Virus record (IMG/VR): IMGVR_UViG_3300028920_000022
Location: 124,001 to 188,000 of that record
Strand: one strand, 5' to 3'
DNA: 64,000 nt
How positions within the stretch are numbered: the stretch's first letter is position 1; each line of letters starts with the position of its first letter. The notes beneath the pieces are model-generated. The model saw only the letters and a list, made by a program, of their open reading frames with translations. It ran no database searches and was not told the origin of the DNA. Shown here in pieces: positions 1 to 9,750 of this stretch. The position numbers and the translations under genes were made by a program.

Positions 1-2
1 AC

Positions 3-146
3 AATTATCGTGTCTCGATAGTTGGAGACGCCGCTGCTGAACGGGAATATTTGCAGGTGCTTGGTCAGGGTTGTTGCGGTTTTATTGATGAAGTGGTAAC
101 ATACAAAAACATTCAGTTTAAAGTTGGTTTTAATTATGGGCACTGA
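3..146 (+). CDS. 3' end of a hypothetical phage protein (5'-truncated by window; ...GCCGFIDE...GFNYGH)
   Basis: Open frame 3 from window edge to TGA 144-146, translated by hand. Confidence 0.6.
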   Translation, partial: NYRVSIVGDAAAEREYLQVLGQGCCGFIDEVVTYKNIQFKVGFNYGH

Positions 147-148
147 GA

Positions 149-388
149 ATGGATCGTACTGACAAAATAATGATTTCTTCTATCAGTGTTGTTGTATTAG
201 CTTCAGTTGTTTTTTTGACACGCTCATGCACTAGACATATTAATGCACAGGAAAAATGTAATCGTGACGGTGGGACGCTTTTCTCTAACCTGCAGAATGA
301 TTACATTTGCGTGAAGAATCAAGAAGTGTTATGGAAAGGTGTGGGGTCCGAATATTGGATGCAAGAATATGAATTAGGTGGGAAATAA
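149..388 (+). CDS. small membrane-anchored protein (paralog of 2698-2952)
   Basis: N-terminal hydrophobic helix; KCxxDGG...ICxK.xEVLW shared with 2698-2952. Confidence 0.7.
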   Translation: MDRTDKIMISSISVVVLASVVFLTRSCTRHINAQEKCNRDGGTLFSNLQNDYICVKNQEVLWKGVGSEYWMQEYELGGK

Positions 389-390
389 GA

Positions 391-1032
391 ATGAAATCTC
401 TTTCAACATATACCACTATTTGTGAAGCTACTGATCGGTTTGAAGCAGCGCATGCCATTAGGGCAAAAGAAACAGCCAACGCTGCGTTTGACTATGCCCG
501 TGGTGAGAAACCAAAACATATTATCAAAAACATAAAAAACGCTGACGACATTGCCAGTCAACTAGAAATGTGGAATGAAGACAACGGATCTTGGCGCGAA
601 TGGTTGGCACATCAGGGTTATGGTTTGCCAACAAAAGAGGAATCGGAAAAGAAAACAGATTCAAAAACAGATTCAAAAACAGATTCAAATGTTATGAGTA
701 AACCGTGGGCGTTTACCGACGAAGAATGTGAACGTGATGACTTCGACGATTATGAGGAACTAGCGTGGGCTGCAGTCAAAACGAATGAATTATATTTTGG
801 TTTTGATAATGAATTTGGTTATCCGTGTGTTGTGGTATGTCCAAAAGAATATTGGGATAGAGAACATCATTGGTATGATCAAACCCCATTTATGGAACTG
901 ATAACCGATAAATGGCCAAAATATTTGAGCGAGTCTATGGAGGCGATTTTTGAAATTGAGAGAACAGTTAGCCAAGAACAATGTAAAAAAGATTTGGAAG
1001 ATTTGGGTTTAATATATAATCCAGAGTTATGA
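391..1032 (+). CDS. hypothetical acidic protein
   Basis: 213-aa ORF packed in operon. Confidence 0.7.
   Translation: MKSLSTYTTICEATDRFEAAHAIRAKETANAAFDYARGEKPKHIIKNIKNADDIASQLEMWNEDNGSWREWLAHQGYGLPTKEESEKKTDSKTDSKTDSNVMSKPWAFTDEECERDDFDDYEELAWAAVKTNELYFGFDNEFGYPCVVVCPKEYWDREHHWYDQTPFMELITDKWPKYLSESMEAIFEIERTVSQEQCKKDLEDLGLIYNPEL
652..687 (+). repeat. 12-bp tandem repeat x3 (AAAACAGATTCA) encoding KTDS x3
   Basis: Read directly from sequence. Confidence 0.9.
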
Positions 1033-1496
1033 TATGCGCATATAAAAAACGTAGCGTTCTATTTGAATATATCAGGGCAATCAAACATATTAGCTTTGCC
1101 CCTCATAAAGCGGCTGGAATATTAATTATATGCTCAGAAGACAAATCAATTTATCTTATGAAACGTTCGTCCATTGTTCTTATGTCAGGAACCTGGGCAA
1201 TTCCCGGAGGATCGGTTAAAGAGGGTGAAAAACCATTTATTGGTGCATTAAGAGAATGTTTTGAAGAAATGGGATCAGTTCCTATTCCTGTAGACAAAAT
1301 AGGTGAGGTTTCTCTTTTTTATTATACAACCTATGCTTACGACATAACTTTGAATGCAAAAATATATTGGAGACCAATTATTAATTGTGAACATTCTGAT
1401 GCTAGGTGGTTTTCTCTTGACAATTTGCCAAGAAACCTGCATCCTGGAGTGAAGTACGCCATCAATAAGCTAGATCTAAGGAGGCGCCATGTCTGA
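1029..1496 (+). CDS. Nudix hydrolase
   Basis: Nudix box GGSVKEGEKPFIGALRECFEEMG; EHSDARWF. Confidence 0.9.
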   Translation: MICAYKKRSVLFEYIRAIKHISFAPHKAAGILIICSEDKSIYLMKRSSIVLMSGTWAIPGGSVKEGEKPFIGALRECFEEMGSVPIPVDKIGEVSLFYYTTYAYDITLNAKIYWRPIINCEHSDARWFSLDNLPRNLHPGVKYAINKLDLRRRHV

Positions 1497-2094
1497 GTCA
1501 AAAGTTCGTTTGGAAGCAAAGAAACTGTCCTCCAAATTGGCTGGGCGTCCAGATTTGATCGAAGAATTCAAGGCTGGCTTTACCGAAGGAATGGAAGAGG
1601 GAATCAACAAACAAATCGATTCTCTTGTGGCTCAACAGGCGCAACTTACTAAATTCATGGATAGTGTTAAGGGGCTGTCCGATTCTAAAAAAGAAAAGCG
1701 CAAGGAAGCCGCCCGCAAAGCTGCTGCTACCCGCAAAGCCAACAAAAATAAAGCCGACACAAAATCAGAAAAGACTATCAAACGACATCCTGCCAGTGAG
1801 CAGGCGGTAAAGTTGCGGTCTATATTAAAGGAACCAGATACTTTGGTAAAGGTCGTGAAGCGGATTTATGGTGTTGCGCCATCAGAAAAAGAAGCCTCAG
1901 AGAGTATGTGGTTCAAAACTACTGATTTAGTAGTCAAGGTTTGGTCGGAATGTTTTGATTCTAAACTCAGTTCTAAAACTACTGCTCAAAATATTGTTCG
2001 TTTCATAATTCCTACATTGTCCAAGATGGAGAGTGAAGGAAAGGCAAAGAGGAGAGGTTTTGCCAAACATACCCGCTGGTTGTTGATTAAATGA
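1489..2094 (+). CDS. putative DNA-binding protein (coiled coil, basic linker, winged-helix-like C-terminus)
   Basis: Lys/Ala-rich linker; C-terminal TLSKMESEGKAKRRG...RW resembles a wHTH wing. Confidence 0.5.
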   Translation: MSESKVRLEAKKLSSKLAGRPDLIEEFKAGFTEGMEEGINKQIDSLVAQQAQLTKFMDSVKGLSDSKKEKRKEAARKAAATRKANKNKADTKSEKTIKRHPASEQAVKLRSILKEPDTLVKVVKRIYGVAPSEKEASESMWFKTTDLVVKVWSECFDSKLSSKTTAQNIVRFIIPTLSKMESEGKAKRRGFAKHTRWLLIK

Positions 2095-2735
2095 GTTTTA
2101 AAGTATATAACGCATATCACTTAAAAGATCCTAATAGTCTTTGGGTAGTATTGCGAAAAATCAACAAGCAGGCACAGGAAAACGTTCGCCAAAAACTAAA
2201 AGATTTTTGGCGAACGTTAATGGTTAATCTTCAGGAAGATTCGGATAAATTCAAACAAGAGCTTAGTAAAAACGATAATAATTACGCACTTACTCGTCTT
2301 TTTATAGTAGACGATCTTATGCGGCAAGAAGTTGTGAAGCAAGCTACCTCAATGCAAAGAAATCATTTCGATGTATCTGTAAGCGTATCTTTATTTGAAT
2401 TGAATGGGCAATATTATTTGCGCGGGTTTTGTGATCGCGGAAGCTGTTTGGGCGGCTCTCTTGATTTCCTCAATGACATGTCCGAGCTTGAAGATTATTA
2501 TTATCAAAACAGCACCGACAAACCTGAAGAAATATCAGACGAGGAATGGAAAAAGCGTGTAGAAATATGGGATTCCATTTATAGCGATCATGGGTTTACA
2601 ACTTGCCAACTGCACATGGACATTTGTGATTGGGAAATATATGCTCTAAAGTTTAGTCCATTTCTAGATTTTTACAAAGAGATATTGGAAAAGAAAGATG
2701 GAGAACAATTATCCAAAGCGCCCACTGTTTCGTGA
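2091..2735 (+). CDS. hypothetical phage protein
   Basis: 214-aa ORF, ATGA overlap; YYYQNSTDKPEEISDEEW motif. Confidence 0.7.
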   Translation: MSFKVYNAYHLKDPNSLWVVLRKINKQAQENVRQKLKDFWRTLMVNLQEDSDKFKQELSKNDNNYALTRLFIVDDLMRQEVVKQATSMQRNHFDVSVSVSLFELNGQYYLRGFCDRGSCLGGSLDFLNDMSELEDYYYQNSTDKPEEISDEEWKKRVEIWDSIYSDHGFTTCQLHMDICDWEIYALKFSPFLDFYKEILEKKDGEQLSKAPTVS

Positions 2736-2952
2736 TCCTGGATATCCAATATGGATTTGGGCACCTATGGTTTTCGTGGTGTTAGTTTTCTTTGGTTCCT
2801 GCGGTTGGCAAATGCACATTTCCAATAAAATAGAAAACAAATGTCACAAAGATGGCGGGTCTGTTGGAGAACATAACAATTCCTTTATTTGTATTAAAAG
2901 AGACGAAGTGTTGTGGCATGCGACCGGATATGAAGATTGGCTGGATAAGTAA
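2698..2952 (+). CDS. small membrane-anchored protein (paralog of 149-388)
   Basis: TM helix then KCHKDGG...ICIKRDEVLW. Confidence 0.7.
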   Translation: MENNYPKRPLFRDPGYPIWIWAPMVFVVLVFFGSCGWQMHISNKIENKCHKDGGSVGEHNNSFICIKRDEVLWHATGYEDWLDK

Positions 2953-2975
2953 GGTTTCCCACATTTCTAAAGGAT

Positions 2976-3004
2976 TTCACGCATTTACACCATGGTGCTA
3001 TAGT
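2976..3004 (+). promoter_or_regulatory. sigma70-like promoter
   Basis: TTCACG-17-TATAGT with extended -10 TG, intergenic. Confidence 0.5.
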
Positions 3005-3017
3005 AAGGTCATAAGTT

Positions 3018-3800
3018 ATGGACATTTCAGAGATCAGAAACACAATAGTTTTTAACGCTGGTCGTATAAAGAAACTCGGTAATTGGCCAGAATTTGTTGA
3101 TGAGGATTCTATCCTGCAACGAATACCCAACGGTAATGATGCGCCAGGTTTTGATGCCGGAGTTGCCTGTGCTTTGGATCTTATTCCACGAGATAGACAA
3201 CGTTTATCTGCGTCTTTGCATGGTGCCTATACTACCAAATTAATCAAGCAAATCAAGAAAGAAATCAAGAAACTTGAGAAGGTGTCAGAATTTGCAGAGA
3301 AACGTTCGTGGGACTTGGAGGTCAGCCCTGCTTGGGATGAGGCTGTTAACACAGAAACCTGCTGGTGGCTGGCTGCATCATCTATTTGTGAAGAAGACGA
3401 TGGCGATGAGGCGAGGTTGATGTGTCAAATTGAAGAATTTAAACGCATGATTGATAATGATTATCACCGTTATATGTCTTCTATGAAATTAGTAGATGAG
3501 TTAAGAAATAGTTATAACATTGTTGATAATGTGGCTGTGGCTACCAAAAACGGTGGAATGCAGGCAGCTTATATTGATGGACACGATATTGCAATTATGT
3601 CTGCTTATGGCATTTGGTTTGTTGGAACACACAAAGAGTCTCTTGGTATACCGAACACGTTTAAGTGGTCCTCTAAAAAAGATAAAAAAGGTCGGGCTAT
3701 GAGTGGACCTGCTGCAAACAGCAAACAGTTCGTTAAGTGTGCTGATTTTGCCGAATTAGCTCAGGTTCTCAAGCTTGCTAAGTCACACCTTGGTGTGTGA
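3018..3800 (+). CDS. hypothetical protein
   Basis: 260-aa ORF after promoter. Confidence 0.7.
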   Translation: MDISEIRNTIVFNAGRIKKLGNWPEFVDEDSILQRIPNGNDAPGFDAGVACALDLIPRDRQRLSASLHGAYTTKLIKQIKKEIKKLEKVSEFAEKRSWDLEVSPAWDEAVNTETCWWLAASSICEEDDGDEARLMCQIEEFKRMIDNDYHRYMSSMKLVDELRNSYNIVDNVAVATKNGGMQAAYIDGHDIAIMSAYGIWFVGTHKESLGIPNTFKWSSKKDKKGRAMSGPAANSKQFVKCADFAELAQVLKLAKSHLGV

Positions 3801-4234
3801 TGCAATACATTACGCGCCCGATGCGCATGTTTTCCGAAAGAAAACTGCGCGATGATTTTAGTAAATTAACCGTCAATAGCACCACATCCTTGATGAAACA
3901 CAGGATTCATGTGGCTATTAGATGTAAAACTACTTCACGTGCACACACAGACGTGTGTATAGTTGCTAAAAATAAATTTGGCAAATATATCGGATGGGCA
4001 TGCCTGTGGTTTTATAAACGAAAACCACGTATAATGGTGTTTGTTTCTTCCCCGTACCGAAAAAAAGGCATTGGTTCTAAACTGTTGTCGAGAGCTGTAA
4101 ACTATTTTCACCGCAGAGGTTATAGAAACATATATGCCGAACCATGGAGCGATCAGGCTGAAAAGTTCTTTTGCTCCAGAGGTTTTATTGAAGATCCTAA
4201 ATCAGATTTCTTCAATATTAAGCTGAAGTTATAA
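3797..4234 (+). CDS. GNAT family acetyltransferase
   Basis: Acetyl-CoA motif A FVSSPYRKKGIGSKLL; AEKFFCSRGF. Confidence 0.85.
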   Translation: MMQYITRPMRMFSERKLRDDFSKLTVNSTTSLMKHRIHVAIRCKTTSRAHTDVCIVAKNKFGKYIGWACLWFYKRKPRIMVFVSSPYRKKGIGSKLLSRAVNYFHRRGYRNIYAEPWSDQAEKFFCSRGFIEDPKSDFFNIKLKL

Positions 4235-5010
4235 TGTATCTTTTAGAAAAACAACAACATTATGAAGATATTTTCGATTACGAAATAACTTCTGGGCTGC
4301 CAATTATTGTTAAATTAAACGGTAGACACTTCTCTAAAATAACTAGAAACATAGTTAAACCTTATTCCCCGGAACTTGGAAACATTCTTCATAATACTAT
4401 GTTCCATTCCATTGTGGAGATAGAGGGGGCAGTTTTTGGGTACCAATTTAATGATGAGGTATTATTTTTATTGAGGAGCGAAGATGCTTACAATAATAGG
4501 ATTCAAAAATTAAACTCTGTGGCATCAGGTTTAACAGCATTGAATTTTATTAAAAACCTATTTGCAGCTGATGATCCTCCAGATTTAATTGGTGAAGCGC
4601 TGTTTGAATGCTTGGTTTTTCCAGTACCATCAGTAGATGAAGCGATAACTTATTTTGAAACAAAACAAAATATCTGTTGGCATATTGCTGTCAACAATGC
4701 AGCCGAAGCTGAATTAACAAAAATACACGGTAAAAAACAGGCAGAAGGTATCCTGTATCGCAAAAATACTTCAGAAAAACTGGAGATACTAAAAGAATGT
4801 GGAATAAGTTTAGATATTTATCCCAAAGAATTTTATGCCGGTGTCTGCGCTTACAAGGTTCCACGCCTAGTTAAAACCAAAACTGGAGATATTAATAGAA
4901 AAAATTGGATACTTGACCTTGATTTTACAGCTGAGAGGACATTTCTTTCTAATATATTTCAGTCAGGATGCGATATTTTTAGGGCAAAACGCGACCTAAT
5001 TGTGCAGTAA
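4234..5010 (+). CDS. Thg1-like tRNA(His) guanylyltransferase / 3'-5' polymerase (divergent)
   Basis: PIIVKLNGRHFSK, KPY, FGYQFNDEV, RIQKLNSVASG, YF..KQ match Thg1/TLP layout. Confidence 0.8.
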   Translation: MYLLEKQQHYEDIFDYEITSGLPIIVKLNGRHFSKITRNIVKPYSPELGNILHNTMFHSIVEIEGAVFGYQFNDEVLFLLRSEDAYNNRIQKLNSVASGLTALNFIKNLFAADDPPDLIGEALFECLVFPVPSVDEAITYFETKQNICWHIAVNNAAEAELTKIHGKKQAEGILYRKNTSEKLEILKECGISLDIYPKEFYAGVCAYKVPRLVKTKTGDINRKNWILDLDFTAERTFLSNIFQSGCDIFRAKRDLIVQ

Positions 5011-5050
5011 TAATTACGCAATATATTGAATATTGAAAAGGAGATCTAAA

Positions 5051-5194
5051 ATGCCAGGAAGAGATGGAACAGGACCACGTGGAAAAGGACCTAAAACAGG
5101 TAGGGGCAGAGGTACTTGTCCGCCCAGACAAAACCCCAACAAGGGACAAGGTAGAGGGCGCGGAAAAGGTAGAGGACGCGGAAAAGGAAGATAA
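5051..5194 (+). CDS. DUF5320-like Gly/Arg-rich small protein (47 aa, not in ORF track)
   Basis: MPGRDGTGPRGKGPKTGRGRGTC...GRGRGKGRGRGKGR; strong SD AAGGAG upstream. Confidence 0.75.
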   Translation: MPGRDGTGPRGKGPKTGRGRGTCPPRQNPNKGQGRGRGKGRGRGKGR

Positions 5195-5199
5195 TTAAG

Positions 5200-5213
5200 T
5201 AATATTTTTCCAT
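5200..5213 (+). promoter_or_regulatory. candidate phage-specific promoter TAAT-N7-CAT
   Basis: TAAT-atttttc-CAT, 6 nt before ATG; motif recurs at several loci. Confidence 0.55.
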
Positions 5214-5219
5214 TGAATT

Positions 5220-5576
5220 ATGAATTCAATGGAAAAAATACTGAAGCTGGCAGAATCTTTTGAGGCTGAGTTAACCAAAACCGCAAAAGGTAAAAAAGAA
5301 AAGAAAGATAAAGACCCCAAAGCAAAGACTAGAAATCGTGGAGACTGTGTATTTCCTGCAGGATCGTCCAAGGTAAAAGATGACAAAGATCATTTTCCTA
5401 TCAATAGCGAAGCTCAGGCACGCAATGCACTAGCTCGTGCCAATCAGTATAGTGCTTCGCCGCCTTGGTATTCTGGATCATTGCAGAGTCTTGTTAGTGC
5501 CGTTTCGCGCGCTGTCCACAAAAAGTACAAGGGCATTGAAGTCAGCAAGAAATCCAAGAAGCCCGGCAAAGGCTAA
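5220..5576 (+). CDS. basic hypothetical protein with KLA..F..KxA leader
   Basis: ILKLAESFEAELTKTA leader; HFPINSEAQARNALARA. Confidence 0.7.
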   Translation: MNSMEKILKLAESFEAELTKTAKGKKEKKDKDPKAKTRNRGDCVFPAGSSKVKDDKDHFPINSEAQARNALARANQYSASPPWYSGSLQSLVSAVSRAVHKKYKGIEVSKKSKKPGKG

Positions 5577-5587
5577 AATAAAAACTG

Positions 5588-5616
5588 TTGACACCCGAAG
5601 GCTTCCATGGTAGCGT
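5588..5616 (+). promoter_or_regulatory. sigma70-like promoter
   Basis: TTGACA-17-TAGCGT, TG extension. Confidence 0.6.
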
Positions 5617-5619
5617 GCG

Positions 5620-5916
5620 GTGGTGTGCTGTCCACTCTGCAAAAGAAAAGATTGCAATTTTAGCGATCATCATCTAGTTCCTCGCTCACGTGGAGGAACA
5701 CGCCAGGACACCGTTCCTATTTGTTTAGATTGCCACAACGGTGTACATGCGTTCTTTACCAACAAAGAATTAGAAAACGAATTCAACTCTGTCGAGGCGT
5801 TACTGGCTGACGAACGTTTTGCCAAACATCTAAGATGGCTGGCAAAACAAAACCCAACAAGACGTCATCGCTCCAAAAGAGTTCGAGACAAAAAGAAAAG
5901 AAACAGAAGTGGGTGA
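5620..5916 (+). CDS. HNH endonuclease-like protein
   Basis: CPLC...HHLVPRSRGG...CLDCHNGVH. Confidence 0.85.
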   Translation: MVCCPLCKRKDCNFSDHHLVPRSRGGTRQDTVPICLDCHNGVHAFFTNKELENEFNSVEALLADERFAKHLRWLAKQNPTRRHRSKRVRDKKKRNRSG

Positions 5917-6215
5917 GCTTTATTGGCGAAGAATTAGAAGAATATTATAATTCCCAGTACGATAAGTATTACAATTTTGACTACGACTTTAACTACGACT
6001 TATATAAAATAAATTTTGCACACAGCTGGCAACTATGTGAAAAAGAATCTAGAGAATCTTATGACCCGGTATTTGTTTGTAAGGTTTGCGGAATTTACGC
6101 TATTGGTAAACCTACAGATCGTTATTCTCCACATGTTTACGCTTATTATACGACGAATTACGACGAGTCGACAATGTCTTGTGCTGAGATTTGTGTAAAG
6201 GATATAATCGAATGA
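5913..6215 (+). CDS. zinc-finger microprotein with C-terminal IKDIIE-type tag
   Basis: HSW..CKVCG..MSCAEICVKDIIE; GTG start inferred from GTGA overlap. Confidence 0.7.
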   Translation: MSFIGEELEEYYNSQYDKYYNFDYDFNYDLYKINFAHSWQLCEKESRESYDPVFVCKVCGIYAIGKPTDRYSPHVYAYYTTNYDESTMSCAEICVKDIIE

Positions 6216-6424
6216 ACGTTTTATACGGTAGTCCACAAAATATGTCACGCATTACTTTAGACGAAATTCCTACAGATCCAATTATCGAACGAATCAAACG
6301 ACTTGCTTTATTGCGCCGAGAAGAACTACAAACTATATTACAATGTGCACCTGACCCTGAAAAATATAATCAAGAGCTATCTGTAATTAATAATATTCTT
6401 TCTGGTATAGAAGGGCTAGATTAG
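6212..6424 (+). CDS. hypothetical protein
   Basis: ATGA-coupled to previous gene. Confidence 0.6.
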   Translation: MNVLYGSPQNMSRITLDEIPTDPIIERIKRLALLRREELQTILQCAPDPEKYNQELSVINNILSGIEGLD

Positions 6425-6443
6425 CTCAGAAAACTCTTGCAAC

Positions 6444-6683
6444 GTGTCACGAAATGATGTAGAAGAGTTGCCGGAAGGTGTTCTTCCCCACGAATTTCCT
6501 AATGAGAATATAATTTCATACGATAATGTCTGTATCTGGTGTGGCGTTTCGAGCGCAACCATGGTGGACAAATTAAATAGAATTCCAGAGTTGCACGGTT
6601 TAACTAGACGCAGACGTGATATTGACATATACTACCCTTGTCTAAACGAAATTGAGAGAACCATCCACGAAATAATCAAGTAG
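6444..6683 (+). CDS. zinc-finger microprotein with C-terminal tag
   Basis: HEF..CIWCG..PCLNEIERTIHEIIK. Confidence 0.65.
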   Translation: MSRNDVEELPEGVLPHEFPNENIISYDNVCIWCGVSSATMVDKLNRIPELHGLTRRRRDIDIYYPCLNEIERTIHEIIK

Positions 6684-6695
6684 AGGAAAAACAAT

Positions 6696-8036
6696 ATGCT
6701 CACAGATGTTCCCGTTATCGATCAGAAATCTCTTGGACGTATCTTTCGCGTAGGTATTCGTGAAGGTAAAAATATTATGATTTTGGGTCCGTCTGGTGGC
6801 GGCAAAACATTTATTGCTGTGGATATCGCTCATTCAGAAGGATGTCGCCTAGTTTATATTAACTTGGCGGTATTGGAACGTACCGATTTCCAGGGGTTTC
6901 CTGTTATCTCTCAGGATAAAACACTGGTATCATACGCTACTCCTGACTTTTTGCCATTCGCCGACACCAACGAACGTGACGAAAAGAACGCTTTGGAAAA
7001 CCTCTCTACCATTCTCAATGACGCAAAAGATAAAAACATCATGGGAGAGATTGATAAGCGCTTGAATGCCGTGGAATATCGTCGTCAGGCTCGTATTATT
7101 GCGAATGCCATGCCGTACCTTTCGGAAGGCTCCCAAAAATCGCTGAAACCATACCTTAATAAGGTTCTAGCAAACCTCCCAGAAGGAAAACCAATTGTAT
7201 TCCTTTTCGATGAGGTCGATAAAGCCGCTAGCGAAACAATGCAAACTCTTCTGGAGTTCCTGCAGTTCAGAAGTATTAACGGACGCAAACTGGATATTAA
7301 GGCTTGTTTGCTGACTGGTAACTTGCCTGATGAACATGCTGCTTCTCAGCAGATTTCGCACGCCATTACGAAACGATGTAAGTCTTACAAGCTACAGTTG
7401 GACTTCAATCAGTGGCGTGAATGGGCTTATGGTCATGCCGTGCATGATTTGGTTGTTGGTTTCTTAACCGCTAACCCGGACTTTTTGCACAAGACCCCTC
7501 CAGACGGTGATCCTACTGCTTATGCTCTGCCGTCTCCTCGAACCTGGACTGACGTTAGTGATTCGTTGTGGGCTTTGGAAAAAGATAATCAATTCCAAAA
7601 GCTGAATGGCGAGGAGTTGGCTGGGTTGCAAAAACTTCTAATTGCTGGAAGCGTAGGAGACACTGCGGCAATTAAATTCGTTAACTGGTTCAAATACTAT
7701 CGTAAGATGGACCCGGTTGTGGAAGCTCTTTTGGAAAAGGGAAAGATGCCTGACCAAAAGAAACTGGACGCCCAGGAACTGTTTATCTGTGCTCTGTCGG
7801 CATGTTCCCGTGTATATAGAGAACTGAAGCCAAAGAACGAAGACAAAATTAAAAAGTATGCCAAGAATGTTTACAAGTGGATTGGTTCCCTTTCTGTAGA
7901 TATTCAAATGGGAGCTTCTCGTATGGCGTTCGGCGGAGACTTCGATAACATCCAAAAGTACCGTCTGTCGGAAATTGACGAGTTTTCCAACGTCTTCAAG
8001 CACATCAAGAAGACGATGCAAACTAATGATATCTGA
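6696..8036 (+). CDS. MoxR-like AAA+ ATPase
   Basis: Walker A GPSGGGKT, Walker B FLFDEVDKA, TGN sensor, PSPRTW. Confidence 0.9.
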   Translation: MLTDVPVIDQKSLGRIFRVGIREGKNIMILGPSGGGKTFIAVDIAHSEGCRLVYINLAVLERTDFQGFPVISQDKTLVSYATPDFLPFADTNERDEKNALENLSTILNDAKDKNIMGEIDKRLNAVEYRRQARIIANAMPYLSEGSQKSLKPYLNKVLANLPEGKPIVFLFDEVDKAASETMQTLLEFLQFRSINGRKLDIKACLLTGNLPDEHAASQQISHAITKRCKSYKLQLDFNQWREWAYGHAVHDLVVGFLTANPDFLHKTPPDGDPTAYALPSPRTWTDVSDSLWALEKDNQFQKLNGEELAGLQKLLIAGSVGDTAAIKFVNWFKYYRKMDPVVEALLEKGKMPDQKKLDAQELFICALSACSRVYRELKPKNEDKIKKYAKNVYKWIGSLSVDIQMGASRMAFGGDFDNIQKYRLSEIDEFSNVFKHIKKTMQTNDI

Positions 8037-8041
8037 GTGCC

Positions 8042-9547
8042 ATGGAAGTAATTAATAAAACAATCCTTGACCCAAAACAGTTGGGTGGGGATAAGTTCAA
8101 CGAATATAATCAAAAAATCTCGGTATCCAAAGTAGCTCTTGCAAAGAGCCCAGAAAAGGGAGGGATGCCGTTTATATTCGCCTTCACTAGCGTGAAAAAC
8201 CACACGTTAGATGAAGTGAAAATGCCGTACCTAAACAAAGACGGAGACGTAGAGTTCTCTTGTACGGCAGCAACTGATGGCAAAGAATATAAATGGAGCC
8301 CTCAGATTCTGGATATCCTGGGACCACGTGAGGTTGCAATCATCACAGCTCACGAAACCTATCATATTGTGTTACAACATTGTAATGCGCACCGTGCGTT
8401 TGGTAAACACAAAATGGCATGGGCGTTGGCGATTGACTATGTTGTCAATGGTATGATTGAACACGATTTGATTCAAAGTAATCAAATCTCTCAGTACGAT
8501 TGCGATAAAGCCAGAACAAACGGGAACCATCCTATTTGGAAGAATGGGATCGGTGGAACTAAAGGTCCGGTTTATTTCGATGAATTAATGAAGGATATCG
8601 AAAAAACCCTCAAACAACTAGCTGAAGATAAGAAAAAAGGTAAGAAATCTGTCGTTCCTACTGGAAATATTGCCGAAAAACAACCCAAACCGCAGGTTAT
8701 TCGTCCATATGCTGATTATAAGTTGTATGGTCGGTCGGCTGAGGATATTTATGATGAAATTATGAAAAAGATGGAGGAGGAAGCTAAGAAAAATGGTATG
8801 AAGCTTTCTGACCTTCTTAGTCCTGGGGATTTTCACCTGCCTGGTGGTTACGTAATTGGTGGCGGATCCATGATGGACGAACATAAAGAAAACGACATCA
8901 GCCGAACCAAACTTTTGGAAGAGGTTATGGATGCCGTTTCTGCTGCTCGTGCACTGTCTGCTGGTAATATGCCATCAGCTATTGAAGATCAGTTAAAAGC
9001 ATTACAAGAGCCAAAACTTAAGTGGCAGGATATCGTTCGCCATGCTCTGCAAACCACCCGCCAGGAAAAAGGTACGCTTAATGATTGGACGCGCATGCGG
9101 CGTCGGTTGGTTTCTTATGAAATCTTTGTGCCCAAAAAGAAGGATCAACGAGTTCGTTGGCTTTGTATGTTGGACACTTCTGGTTCTATGAGCGATGATG
9201 ATATCGTGTACGGAGTCTCACAGTTAAAAGTTTTGGACGGTAGATCTAAAGGTATTGTGGTTCCCTGTGATGCTCAGTGTTATTGGGACCATGCGGTGGA
9301 AATCCATGGCATGAGTGACCTGCCTAAGGTAAAGCCAGTAGGTAGAGGTGGCACCGTGTTTACTGATTTCTTTGAGAACTACGAAAAGAAGATCGCGGAA
9401 GAGATCGACCTAATTATTGTGATTACCGATGGATATTTGTACGATTTGGACATGAAAAAACCTGCAGTGGATTGTGTGTGGGTTATTACCAACGATAATG
9501 AGTTCAAAGCTCCGTTTGGTAGAACTGCACCCTTGCGTTCATATTGA
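8042..9547 (+). CDS. metallopeptidase-like/VWA domain protein (DUF2201-type), partner of AAA+
   Basis: TAATDG, HETYH (HExxH), MIDAS DTSGS, GRGGT, ITDG. Confidence 0.9.
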   Translation: MEVINKTILDPKQLGGDKFNEYNQKISVSKVALAKSPEKGGMPFIFAFTSVKNHTLDEVKMPYLNKDGDVEFSCTAATDGKEYKWSPQILDILGPREVAIITAHETYHIVLQHCNAHRAFGKHKMAWALAIDYVVNGMIEHDLIQSNQISQYDCDKARTNGNHPIWKNGIGGTKGPVYFDELMKDIEKTLKQLAEDKKKGKKSVVPTGNIAEKQPKPQVIRPYADYKLYGRSAEDIYDEIMKKMEEEAKKNGMKLSDLLSPGDFHLPGGYVIGGGSMMDEHKENDISRTKLLEEVMDAVSAARALSAGNMPSAIEDQLKALQEPKLKWQDIVRHALQTTRQEKGTLNDWTRMRRRLVSYEIFVPKKKDQRVRWLCMLDTSGSMSDDDIVYGVSQLKVLDGRSKGIVVPCDAQCYWDHAVEIHGMSDLPKVKPVGRGGTVFTDFFENYEKKIAEEIDLIIVITDGYLYDLDMKKPAVDCVWVITNDNEFKAPFGRTAPLRSY

Positions 9548-9750
9548 ACAAAAAACAACACGAAGTCCTAATAGGGGGACTTTTAGGAGACGCTTCCCTG
9601 GAATTGTCAGGGAAAATGCGTAATCCTCGTGTTCGTATTGAACGTTCTTACAAAGATATCAAATATTTACAGTGGCAGTATAATGTATTTAAAAGCATGT
9701 GCGGATCCGATGTACATGTTTACTGTAGGGCGCTGTCATGCTGTGTGTAA
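9544..9750 (+). pseudogene. truncated LAGLIDADG homing endonuclease remnant
   Basis: LIGGLLGDASL...YLQWQYNVFK, only 68 aa, 3' end overlapped by next gene. Confidence 0.65.
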
